From the NCBI RefSeq assembly GCF_009914755.1, contig NC_060931.1: a DNA stretch of 64,000 nt; one strand, given 5' to 3'. Both the position numbers and the translations under genes were made by a program. The notes beneath the pieces are model-generated. The model was given only the letters and a program-made list of their open reading frames with translations, searched no databases and was not told where the DNA came from. Of this stretch, positions 1 to 64,000 are shown in pieces. Position 1 is the stretch's first letter, and the number at the start of each line of letters is the position of its first letter. Source of the DNA: the human T2T-CHM13v2.0 reference genome, Homo sapiens.

Positions 1-24
1 CTTTGCAAGCCTGTAGCAAAATTA

Positions 25-320
25 GCTGGAGGTGACAGCACATGCCTGTAGTCCCAACTACTTGGGAGGCTGAGGCAGGTGGATCGCTTGAGTCCAGGAG
101 TTCTGGGCTATAGTGTGCTATGCCAGTCACGTGTCCACATTAAGTTCAGCATCAGTGTGGTGATGTCCTGGGAGTCAGGGTCCACCAGGTTGCCTAAGGA
201 AGGGTGAACCCGCCCAGGTCAAAAATGGAGCAAGTCAAAACTCCTGTGCTGCTCTGTAATGGGATCATACCTGTGAATAGCCACTGCACTCCAGCCTGGG
301 TGGCACAGTGAGACTCTTTT
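25..320 (+). pseudogene. 7SL (SRP) RNA retro-pseudogene in CASP2 intron 1
   Basis: Alu-domain ends enclose the 7SL S-domain sequence (ccaccaggttgcctaaggaagggtgaacc...aaaactcctgtgctg), which Alus lack; diverged copy. Confidence 0.9.
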
Positions 321-949
321 AAAGTAAATAGATAAATACCTATCCACTGTGACTTTCTGTCATACTTTCTGCTTATCCACATCTTAACAGGATTCGCCAT
401 TTTGTCACTGGAACTTAAAAGTTTTAAAAAACATGTAATTATATGTTTATATCACTAGTGAAAGAGAGTTAGTGTCTGCCTCATTTATTTTCTGTTAAAG
501 CCATTGGCTTGAGTTTTTACCATAGTGTTTTAACCCTCATCTAAGATCATTATAAACTTACATCACTTTCACCAGCTTAGATAATGTGAGATGTTTTCTG
601 AAATAATTCTCTTTATTAAAATTGGTCTATCAGAGAAGTATTCCTTCTCATAAATATGTGTACTTGGGGGTATTGTTTTGCTTAAGACAGATATTTCCCT
701 CCTCTAGTCAGACCATTCATCTCAGATGATCTCAGCTGAACATAAACCATAAGGAATTAGACATTATTTTCTTATGATCAATGTGTTCCTGCTTAGTACA
801 TCTTTGCTTTAACCAGATTTAAGAAATATGCATAATCTTGGTTATTGTAAGTCTTATTCTTTTTGTTCTTCCTATTCATGCCTCTTCCACTCCACTCTTC
901 TGTGTCAAATTGTGACTTGACAGCCTTTCCTTCTACCGTTTATCTGTAG

Positions 950-14487
<13,538 letters not shown>

Positions 14488-15517
14488 TGTCACCTCCCCA
14501 TCATCCACGCCAAGTGGAAGCCACTGGACCACAGGAGGTGTGATAGAGCCTTTGATCTTCAGGATGCACGGTTTCTGTTCTGCCCCCTCAGGGATGTGGG
14601 AATCTCCCAGACTTGTTTCCTGTGCCCATCATCTCTGCCTTTGAGTGTGGGACTCCAGGCCAGCTCCTTTTCTGTGAAGCCCTTTGCCTGTAGAGCCAGC
14701 CTTGGTTGGACCTATTGCCAGGAATGTTTCAGCTGCAGTTGAAGAGCCTGACAAGTGAAGTTGTAAACACAGTGTGGTTATGGGGAGAGGGCATATAAAT
14801 TCCCCATATTTGTGTTCAGTTCCAGCTTTTGTAGATGGCACTTTAGTGATTGCTTTTATTACATTAGTTAAGATGTCTGAGAGACCATCTCCTATCTTTT
14901 ATTTCATTCATATCCTCCGCCCTTTTTGTCCTAGAGTGAGAGTTTGGAAGGTGTCCAAATTTAATGTAGACATTATCTTTTGGCTCTGAAGAAGCAAACA
15001 TGACTAGAGACGCACCTTGCTGCAGTGTCCAGAAGCGGCCTGTGCGTTCCCTTCAGTACTGCAGCGCCACCCAGTGGAAGGACACTCTTGGCTCGTTTGG
15101 GCTCAAGGCACCGCAGCCTGTCAGCCAACATTGCCTTGCATTTGTACCTTATTGATCTTTGCCCATGGAAGTCTCAAAGATCTTTCGTTGGTTGTTTCTC
15201 TGAGCTTTGTTACTGAAATGAGCCTCGTGGGGAGCATCAGAGAAGGCCAGGAAGAATGGTGTGTTTCCCTAGACTCTGTAACCACCTCTCTGTCTTTTTC
15301 CTTCCTGAGAAACGTCCATCTCTCTCCCTTACTATTCCCACTTTCATTCAATCAACCTGCACTTCATATCTAGATTTCTAGAAAAGCTTCCTAGCTTATC
15401 TCCCTGCTTCATATCTCTCCCTTCTTTACCTTCATTTCATCCTGTTGGCTGCTGCCACCAAATCTGTCTAGAATCCTGCTTTACAGGATCATGTAAATGC
15501 TCAAAGATGTAATGTAG

Positions 15518-15972
<455 letters not shown>

Positions 15973-17087
15973 AAGACCTTTTTTTAAAAAAAAAAAAAAA
16001 AAAACTTCCATTCTTTCTTCCTCCAGTCTGTTCTCACATAACAGAGTAGTTTTGGTTTTTAATTTTTTTTGGTTGTTTGCTGTTTTTTGTTTTTTAAGGT
16101 GAGTTCTCACTATGTTTCTCAGACTGGTCTCGAACTCCTGGCCTCAAGCCATCTTCCCGCCTCAGCCTCTCAAATAGCTGGGCTTACAGGCATGAGCCAC
16201 CACACCTGGCCAGGATTTGGTTGTTTAAATATAAATCTGATCACCCCCCTGCTTAGAACCCTTCTGCTTTCTATTACCCCTCATTTAAAATGTAAACTCT
16301 TCACCTTGGTTTATGAGAACTGGTTCTTGCCTTCCCCTTGAACCTCATTAAATGGTGATTTCTTGCTAAGCTCCAGCCCGAGTGGTCTCCTCTCAGCTTC
16401 TAATTTTGTGCTCTTTCCTGCCCTTTTCCTGGGCCTTCTCAGCTCTCCACCCCCACCACTCTTGACTCAGGTGGTGTCCTTCTTCCTCAAGTCTTGACAA
16501 TTCCCGGGCCCTTCAGTCCCTGAGCAGTCTACTTCTGTGTCTGTCACCACATCTTGTCTTTTCCCCTCATTGCATTTATTGCAGTTTATATATATGCTAC
16601 TTTTACTTGTTCATTTCTGTCTCCCCTACCAGGCTGTAAATGAGGGCAGAAACCTTGTTTGTTTTATTCACCATCATGTACCAAGTGCTTGGCACATAGT
16701 GGGCCTTCATTAAATGTTTGTTGAATAAAAGAGGGAAGAAGGCAAGCCAACCTTAGCTACAATCCTACCTTTTGATAAAATGTTCCTTTTGACAATATAC
16801 ACGGATTATTATTTGTACTTTGTTTTTCCATGTGTTTTGCTTTTATCCACTGGCATTTTTAGCTCCTTGAAGACATATCATGTGTGAGATAACTTCCTTC
16901 ACATCTCCCATGGTCCCTAGCAAAATGCTAGGCCTGTAGTAGTCAAGGTGCTCAATAAATATTTGTTTGGGTGGTTTGTGAGCCTTGCTGCCAAGTCCTG
17001 CCTTTGGGTCGACATAGTATGGAAGTATTTGAGAGAGAGAACCTTTCCACTCCCACTGCCAGGATTTTGTATTGCCATCGGGTGCCA

Positions 17088-17093
17088 AATAAA
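17088..17093 (+). terminator. Likely CASP2 polyadenylation signal
   Basis: AATAAA followed by U/GU-rich sequence (gatgtgtgctc...tctgtttctgt). Confidence 0.65.
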
Positions 17094-18409
17094 TGCTCAT
17101 ATTTATTACTGATGTGTGCTCAATATCTGTTTCTGTAGATACTCAGTCCTCTGAAGCCCACAGATTTCGTTTCCTTAGCCCCTTACACTGCAGCATTCCT
17201 TACCACCTCACAAGGCATACCCAGACCTGAAAACCCTTCTTATTTTGCTGCTGTGATCCTGTAAATATATGCAGGTGTGGGCCCATCTCAGTTTGCGTAG
17301 TCCTGGGATTTCTCACAGATGAAATGGAAGTTATTAGCAAACAGTGCTGGTTCTTGATTATTTAGACTATGAGATGTAGGCTGCCATAACAGATTGGGCT
17401 GGAATAGAAGGATGGGAGAGTGAAGATAGTAAAATTCCATTTCTTACCTGGTTGCATTTAAGGTCTTCTAGAGTGGGCATAGATTGTAAGAGAATTCTAG
17501 TGCAGCATAGAAGAGATCAAAGCAATGAATTTGTGTAAGTTGGGATATTTTGGGGGTGCATTGTATCTAAAGGATATGCCTGAGAGGTAAGTGCAGGTGC
17601 AGATGGGCCATGGAATTTGGCAAGAGATGGAATGTTCTGTAGGAACTTTGTACAGAAGTTTTGGTAGGAAACAAAACTTTTTTTTTTAAATACGGGATTT
17701 CACCATGTTGGCCAGGCTGGTCTCTAACTCCTGGCCTCAAGTGATCAGCCCGCTTCGGCCTCCCAAAGTGCTAGGATTATAGGTATGAGCCACCTATAAC
17801 AAACCAGAAACAAAACTTTTTTGTTTGGTAGGAAACAGCTGTGGGAGCTGGAAATATTGTTGAGTCATACAGAGAAGGGTATGGCAGTCTAGGAAGAGCA
17901 GAAGGGGATTGAGGTGAGCTGAAGCACCTCGGCAGATAGAGCAGAATTTGGTACAGAACACTGGAGACAAAAGGGCATGAAAAATGGACTGAAACTGGTT
18001 GGTTGTACTGCAAGAAAAACAACCATGGGATAGCCTCAAGGGAAGGATACAAAATCTAGGACAGGCGAAGAAATTATGGAAATAGTGGAAGTAAGATAAA
18101 TACCCATTTTCAGGATAGGAAGCATTTTCAGTGGTGTGATATGTTTGAGAATTACAGAGCAGTATCTCTGAACTGGATTCCATGTCCTCCCCGCCCCCCA
18201 ACCCCCTTGCCCTTGAATAAGGGTATGAGGTTGAATTTCACAGCTCTGCTCCCTTCTGCTTACCTCTGCCAGAGGATTCTCTTCTAAAATTATTCCCCTC
18301 CCAGAGCTGGGGGCTGCCCTCTGCTGCCCTCCTCCATCCTGTTTCCTCTAATAGGGAAAAGGAAAACAGGAAGAAGGAAAAACTGTAATATCAGACCAAA
18401 GCTGATTTT

Positions 18410-19903
<1,494 letters not shown>

Positions 19904-20287
19904 CTATAGCATGTTTTTTTGCATGTGTTATTTTATCTTCTTAACCCTCTAGTTACTTCCTTTCTGAGGAAACTGAGGTCAGGATGTGAAACCAAAGCTG
20001 TCAGTTTGAGCGTATGCTAACAGCCTTGCTTCTGTGACTTATTCTGGCATGAAGGATTTTTTTCTTCCTTTTTTTGGGCTGTAAGATTCCTCCCATTGGG
20101 CTGTGGGAATGAAACTGAGACCCAAACCTTATTCCATCTTAAGTCCTAATTAGGTAGGAGTTTGGGGGAAAATGTATCATGTTTGAAAAGCCAGAAGGGG
20201 GAGAAGGAGACCTGTCGAATACTACAGGGAAAGCCTGACGTGCAGGGGATGGGAAAGGACTAAGGATGCTTAAAGAATAAGGAGGCT

Positions 20288-20676
<389 letters not shown>

Positions 20677-21010
20677 TTAGCTGAAATTTCAGAAAGTAGG
20701 TGGCCACGGGTTCCATGGCTGCCTGGATATGCAGAGGGAAAGTGATGACTGAAAACACCTTTAAAGAACATAAGGGTTTTACTGCCCACTATGCTGGGGA
20801 GGCCAGACTGGAAGACGTGAGAGTCTGAAAACAAGGGTGTAACCCAGAAAGAAAATTCTTTCACCTATACCCAACACAAAACTTCTCCTCCATGTATCTT
20901 GCATGGCAACTTTTTACGATTTTCCTTCAAATAGCAATTCTATAAGCCTATGGGCTTTTAAACTTTTTGTATAATGGACCCTAGGATGATCTATTTAAAA
21001 CCCCAAAAGA

Positions 21011-21334
<324 letters not shown>

Positions 21335-21933
21335 TCATTTATGCATGCTTATGAATTTGCTTCCACATTCAGGAGCCTTACAGGAATCCCTAGAAGCCCA
21401 TCTTTGTGCCTCCAAATAAGAACCTAAGCTACTAAGCCCAGCGGGATGATGGAGTGAGGAGTGGGCATGGTTTACATTTTCTTTTCTTGTTCTCTTGCAG
21501 GGATTTAAACCCATGGGATTTAAACTATTCCTAATTTCAAACACAGGATATTTACTCTCAAACCCTTGCCCACCAGCACTGGCAGTCTGTACATGTCTTT
21601 GACCCTCCTAATTTCAGAATCTGGTTTTAAGAATCGCAGTTGGTGCTTTCCTTCTAGACCACACGCTTCCACTCAGCTTGGCTGGATGTGAGCACTTCCC
21701 TACTCCACTGGTCTCTGCCTTCAAATCTCAGAGTCCATGACTAGGCTGCTCTGTTTTAGGGCCCTGTCTTTCTCAGAAATAGTAAGAAAGTCATAATTGT
21801 ATCTCATATCTTGCTGCTTATATTTATCAAGTTTCTACAGCAACTGATCACTTTCAGGAAAGCTATACTCCTCAAATGGGAGAATCTTGTTTCTGAAGTC
21901 CTCCAAGGAATGCAGTGTTACCTTGGCACTCTA

Positions 21934-22535
21934 TTTTTTTGTGTGTGCAACAATGTCTTTTATTATGTATGCGGTTTTAAAATTATTTCTTGAATCTCTC
22001 CATACACAGGCAAAAAATAAGTGTGCTACTTAACATACTGGAACTTGCCTAACTTAATCATTGCCCAGAGAAGGGAAAATTATCACCAAAATGTGCTTAA
22101 CCAGGAGGCCAATGCATCTGCCAACCTCCAAGAACATGGAGATGAACTTGACAGACAGACTGTCCACCATCTGAACCTTTATTCACCACCATTTGATAAC
22201 CCTTATTCAGGCCCAAATCAGCAGCACATTTCTTGCCAACAATCATTAAGTGTCCAAGAAGACTTTCGTCATTATCTTCTGCTGCAGAAATCTGGGATAT
22301 ATGTTTTTTCGATATCAACAGAAAACGTGTTGGTGCTTGAGGGGAAGTGTCATGGAAAGCAAGGCACTGGTCATCCTCAAAAATGATTTTGGCTGGGATT
22401 TCCTTGCAGATGATCTTCCCGAAGACAGTGTTGCCACCAGGCCGAGCGACCTGAGCCTTGGCGATCTCACCTGCCATCTCTGCCTGTCTCCCACACAGCA
22501 GGCAGGGTAGAGGCTCAGAAGGAGGGAGGAACCCA
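21934..22535 (-). pseudogene. HINT1P1: HINT1 processed retrocopy with intact 126-aa ORF (ATG 22477, stop 22097)
   Basis: Intronless [15 protein letters not shown]...[16 protein letters not shown], 110/126 identical to recalled human HINT1; AATAAA (tttatt 21959-21964), A-tail remnant, tctatttt repeated at both ends as a likely TSD. The P1 symbol is from memory. Confidence 0.92.
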
Positions 22536-22734
22536 CAGATTCTATTTTCTTTGTTAAGAAAGTAATCCTTTCTGCTCATACCAATCCCATAGATGTCTAT
22601 CCTTATTTTCTGCCTGCAGAAAAGGTGGGTATCATCACAGAATGTTTAGTCTCTCAATTCATCACACATTTGTAATTTTTTGGAGAGATTATAGGCCTTG
22701 AGGTTTGTAGGATTGTTGTTAGAGCAGGTGTTTT

Positions 22735-24290
<1,556 letters not shown>

Positions 24291-25279
24291 GCCCTAGAAA
24301 AAGTACTTTTAATGATATTGGCTTCCCTCCTGCTTTGGGTGGTTCCATTTAGCCTAGGTCAAAATCACATTGTAGACCAGATGTTTGGTGTCCCTACCCT
24401 GCAGTCCCTGAACTTGGACTGTCCTGGGACAGACCCCACTTGGTAATGCATCCTAAACTTTACTTTGGCTCAGTTCATATCTTTTCTCCTACAGTGAAGA
24501 GTTCATAGGGAAGACATGTCATAGGAAAATTGGTTTTATAACGTGATGCCAGGAAGAAAAGTTTGTCCTTGGCCAAAAAAGTATTTATTGACCTGAAAAG
24601 GGAAGAATAGCAGAGAGCACTTCCCCATCATCTTTCATGTTTGTCGGGCTTGTCATGAGAAGCCCTCACCCCTTTCCCACCTCTCCCTTCCCTGTGCCTC
24701 TTTCTACTTTCGATTCTCCCCTGTTATCTCCCTTGTTATCTATCTGATGGAGCCAGTGTGGGCACTCCACAGTCCAAATGGAAGCTCAGTCCCTCCGGGT
24801 TGGCAGTGTGGCTGACACCTAACAGTCTGGGAAGTGGGAGAAATTCTAGAACCCAAGGCTATTACCGACCCTCGACTTCCCACTTCCCATAAGTGTTCCA
24901 CACCCAGTGAGTGATAAGGATGGGATCAGGGGATGCCCCCAAGCTGTTATTAGCAGCCTCTGGCAGACAGAAGGGCAAAGAGCTAGAGAAGAACGCTGGA
25001 CATGGGATGGGCTGGCAGAGCTGGCCAGACAGAACCCTGGGTGGACACAGAGTTGGGAACAAGCTGGCCAGGAGATGTGGCAGAGAGGCACCAGTTACTT
25101 TCCCAGGTGAGTTAATGTGCCAGTGTTTCCAGAACTTCGAGTCGCTTCATCTTTATCCAGCACCCACCCCTCACCTTCCGCATCCTGAAGAAGAGAGATG
25201 GGCAACTGGAGGGCTTCCATGCAGATCCGGCTCTACACATAGGTTTGAGAGCATACTCAGCAGTTTCTCATCCTGGTCC

Positions 25280-61395
<36,116 letters not shown>

Positions 61396-61898
61396 CCCCC
61401 TCCCACGACCTCCTCATAAAGACCGTGGAGAGGCCCAGCCTGAGGGTGAACTTGTGTGGGGCAGGGTGCGTCCTGAATGTGGCGAGGTCATGCCAATGTC
61501 GTGGCCTCTTCCAGGAATTTTTTAATGTGATAGTCTTAAAGGAGGAATCAGCATTTAGGCAGGGAGGAGCCTTGGTCAATTATTTTGACTGTTCTCCCCA
61601 TTCCCAGCCAGGCAGGTGGCCCTAACCCTAGCGAAGGGCCCCTGATATTCCGTGGGGCTTCCCGAGTGTTCCTGGTGTGCAGGAAGGGAATCCCCTGCCT
61701 CTCTCTGCCTCCCCCTCCCCACCCAACAATTCCCCAGTACTCTTGTCCCAGCACTGTGCTATCTGTGCCTCAGTGTCTACAAGAGGTGGGGTGAGGGGAG
61801 GCCCAGAATGACTGTGGCCCTGCAAGTGCCATGTCGGAGGAGGGGATGGGACCATCCTATGGCCTCGGGCACTGACTACCCCAGAATGTGCCTCCAGA

Positions 61899-62070
61899 CC
61901 AGCCACAGCCGCTTCTCTTGGAGCCCTGCGCTGGCCCACGTCTGCTCCTGCAGTCTGCCTCTGAGCCCACTGCCTGTGTCGAGGCCAGCCACAGCCACTT
62001 CTCTTGGAGCCCCGCACTGGCCCATGTGCACTCCTGCAATCTGCCTCTGACCCCACTGCCTGTCTCCAGG
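61899..62070 (+). repeat. Two diverged tandem copies of an 86-bp unit
   Basis: ccagccacagcc(g/a)cttctcttggagccc... starts at 61899 and 61985; a partial third copy starts at 62071. Confidence 0.92.
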
Positions 62071-62821
62071 CCAGGCCGTGACTAGCGCAGTGAGAGGCCG
62101 CCCACATTCCCCCTCCGTTGTCCCCTGCTTCAAGCAGTGAGATGCAGAGAAAAAGACTGTCAGGGGCAGCGGCCTGGAAGAAAAGGTCGCCAAAGGCTCT
62201 GTGCAAAAGACACAAGTGCCCTGTTGCTCAACAATCACGCCCCCATGGTGTCCGCCGACTCCCTCTGGCAGAAAACTTTCTATTCCACAGCACCGCTTCC
62301 TCGTCCTCCAGTGTCCAGGTTACTCCCTAGGAAACACATCCTCCCTCTTGTTATTGACTTGTCCTGCCAAAGGTCAGCTCTACCCTGGAGCTGCTCTAGC
62401 CAGGGCCTCTCCTGCCAAGAATCAGGGCTCAGAGCAGCTAGGTCACTGGGTCACTCAGACACCAGCCCCCTCTTAGACTGGTTCTTCAGATGCCTCTCCT
62501 AGGGGTGGAGAGTTAGGAGCTGAGCGTCAAGATGGCAGGGCTCTTGAGTGCTGCCCCGCACTTGGGAGAGTCACATCTTCACCCTCCCCAAATCAGCAGC
62601 AGGAAGCCTGGCTATGCACTCCATTAGCGTGCTTTCTCTACAAAGAGAGGCCAGGTGCTGTGAGCATCCCCAAACCCTTGCTCCGTACCCAAGGTTTTTC
62701 TCCCCAGCCTGCCATCCCGTATGCCGTTCTTAATTCTACCATTGTGCCCCCGCTCCGACATTCTCCTCCTTTGCCTCCCCTGTTCCCAGTCTCCTCCATC
62801 CCCCAAATAAGACACTCACAG

Positions 62822-64000
62822 TCAGAGGATGCCACCACATTCTGTTTAGTGTCATTGAACACAGCCTGTAGCCTTCTCCAGCATCACATCCCTCCCACTT
62901 CCCCAGGCCAAGAGAGATGCTGAAGCCTGGGTGGGGGACTGGCAGTGGGCATTTGAGCCCATGCCCTTGTGTACATAATCTCTAATATTTATATATATTG
63001 ATATAGAATTCTCTCTATAATATATGTCATAGAATCTCTCTTGGGCCTGGCGTGGGAATGTGACATTAAGAAAACATGCTAAGACTGGCCAGAAAAATGG
63101 ATATTTCCCAGACCTGGAGGATGGTGTGTGGGATGTATAGGTGAGGTCGTGGAGAAGATAATAAACTCATTCCCCAAGATACCCTCTTCAACACAAGGAC
63201 AAGAAGGAAGGTGTGTGGTGGGGGAGGGGACAATGGAGGGGGAGGAGTGGAAGATTTGGATTTTCATTTAATAAAGTCAATTGAAAATGAAAGTGCACCC
63301 CCCCTCCAAAAAAAGAAAATCATTTAGCAAGAGCAGTTTCATTCACAAGAATATAAAAACAGCCCTGTTCCAGGACTGCTGTAAAACGTGCTGCACAGCC
63401 TTAACCCCAAAGGAAAAGCAACCCTTTCCCACCCCGAAACAGCCTCTTCCTGCACATGCCCCTCCCCACCCCCTGAAATAGACGATAAGCAACCCCCATG
63501 CACCCTGCCCCCAGCACCAGAAGAGTCCTAAGATGGTCCCAGGCCAGCTCCTCAGTCTCCCTCTTCAGAGCGAGTAGGAGCTCCTTGCAGAAGACAGACC
63601 CCCACCTGACTTCCATCTGCAGCAATATGCCAGCACCCTGGGGAAAGCAGGTTCATGTATGAACCCTGCTAGAGTCCTTCAGATCTTTAGTCATCTTTTG
63701 TCAGGGACCATTTGGCTTCCTTGGGAAAGGGAAGGAGGAACGAAAGCTGCTGTGGTCTACCTTTCCTAACTCCCCCGGGCCTGAGCAAAAACGAACTGTA
63801 ATGAATGAACGCACTCACTAGGTGAGCTGTCCACCGTGGTCTGGGGGTATGATATGGGCACTGAGAGGATGAGACGACAGGAAGAGGTGATGTGGGAATA
63901 GCACACATTGGAGAAGGTGAGGAACCAGGGACCCCATGGAAGGAAGGTCACATGAACATGCAAAACCCCAGAGCCTGCAGCAGGAGACGGGTGGGGAATA
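62822..64000 (-). other. FAM131B: Probable 3' UTR end of convergent gene FAM131B
   Basis: Assigned from recalled synteny. Repeat-free UTR-like sequence; minus-strand ACTAAA (tttagt 62845-62850) with a GU-rich downstream tract. No coding exon in the window. Confidence 0.55.

Noticed and set aside
15979-16004. T-run followed by A-run hairpin in the CASP2 3' UTR
   Set aside because: Weak low-complexity pairing next to an Alu TSD; mainly an internal-priming hazard.
22478-22579. 34-aa N-terminal extension of the HINT1 copy in the ORF track
   Set aside because: Runs through the parental 5' UTR into flanking DNA beyond the TSD; no evidence of use.
61628-62238. Long overlapping ORFs with internal repeats downstream of CLCN1
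   Set aside because: Explained by GC richness and the 86-bp duplication, which is not a multiple of three.

Overview
Human genomic DNA, recognisable as the 7q34-35 locus CASP2 - HINT1 retrocopy - CLCN1 - (probable) FAM131B 3' end. Plus strand: CASP2 exons 2 to last (950-~17110, including the 61-nt caspase-2S exon), then the complete 23-exon skeletal-muscle chloride channel gene CLCN1 (ATG 25629, stop 61395) with its promoter. Minus strand: a processed HINT1 copy with an intact 126-codon ORF (22097-22477) and, from ~62820, a probable convergent 3' UTR. About 40 Alus, two 7SL retrocopies, L1, LTR, Tigger/MER and MIR fragments fill the rest. There are no prokaryotic systems. The strongest novelty candidate is CLCN1 intron 6. 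The myotonic-dystrophy 'poison' exon 7a is a same-length (79 nt), same-phase, stop-free paralogue of exon 7. It has the same rare GC donor, mostly synonymous divergence at shared residues and a ClC-2-like peptide, so a 6-7a-8 mutually exclusive ClC-1 isoform is possible, and exon 6b may be a third degenerate copy. Exon boundaries were derived by hand from GT/GC-AG sites and reading frame. Family names, repeat subfamilies and literature statements are from memory and were not searched.
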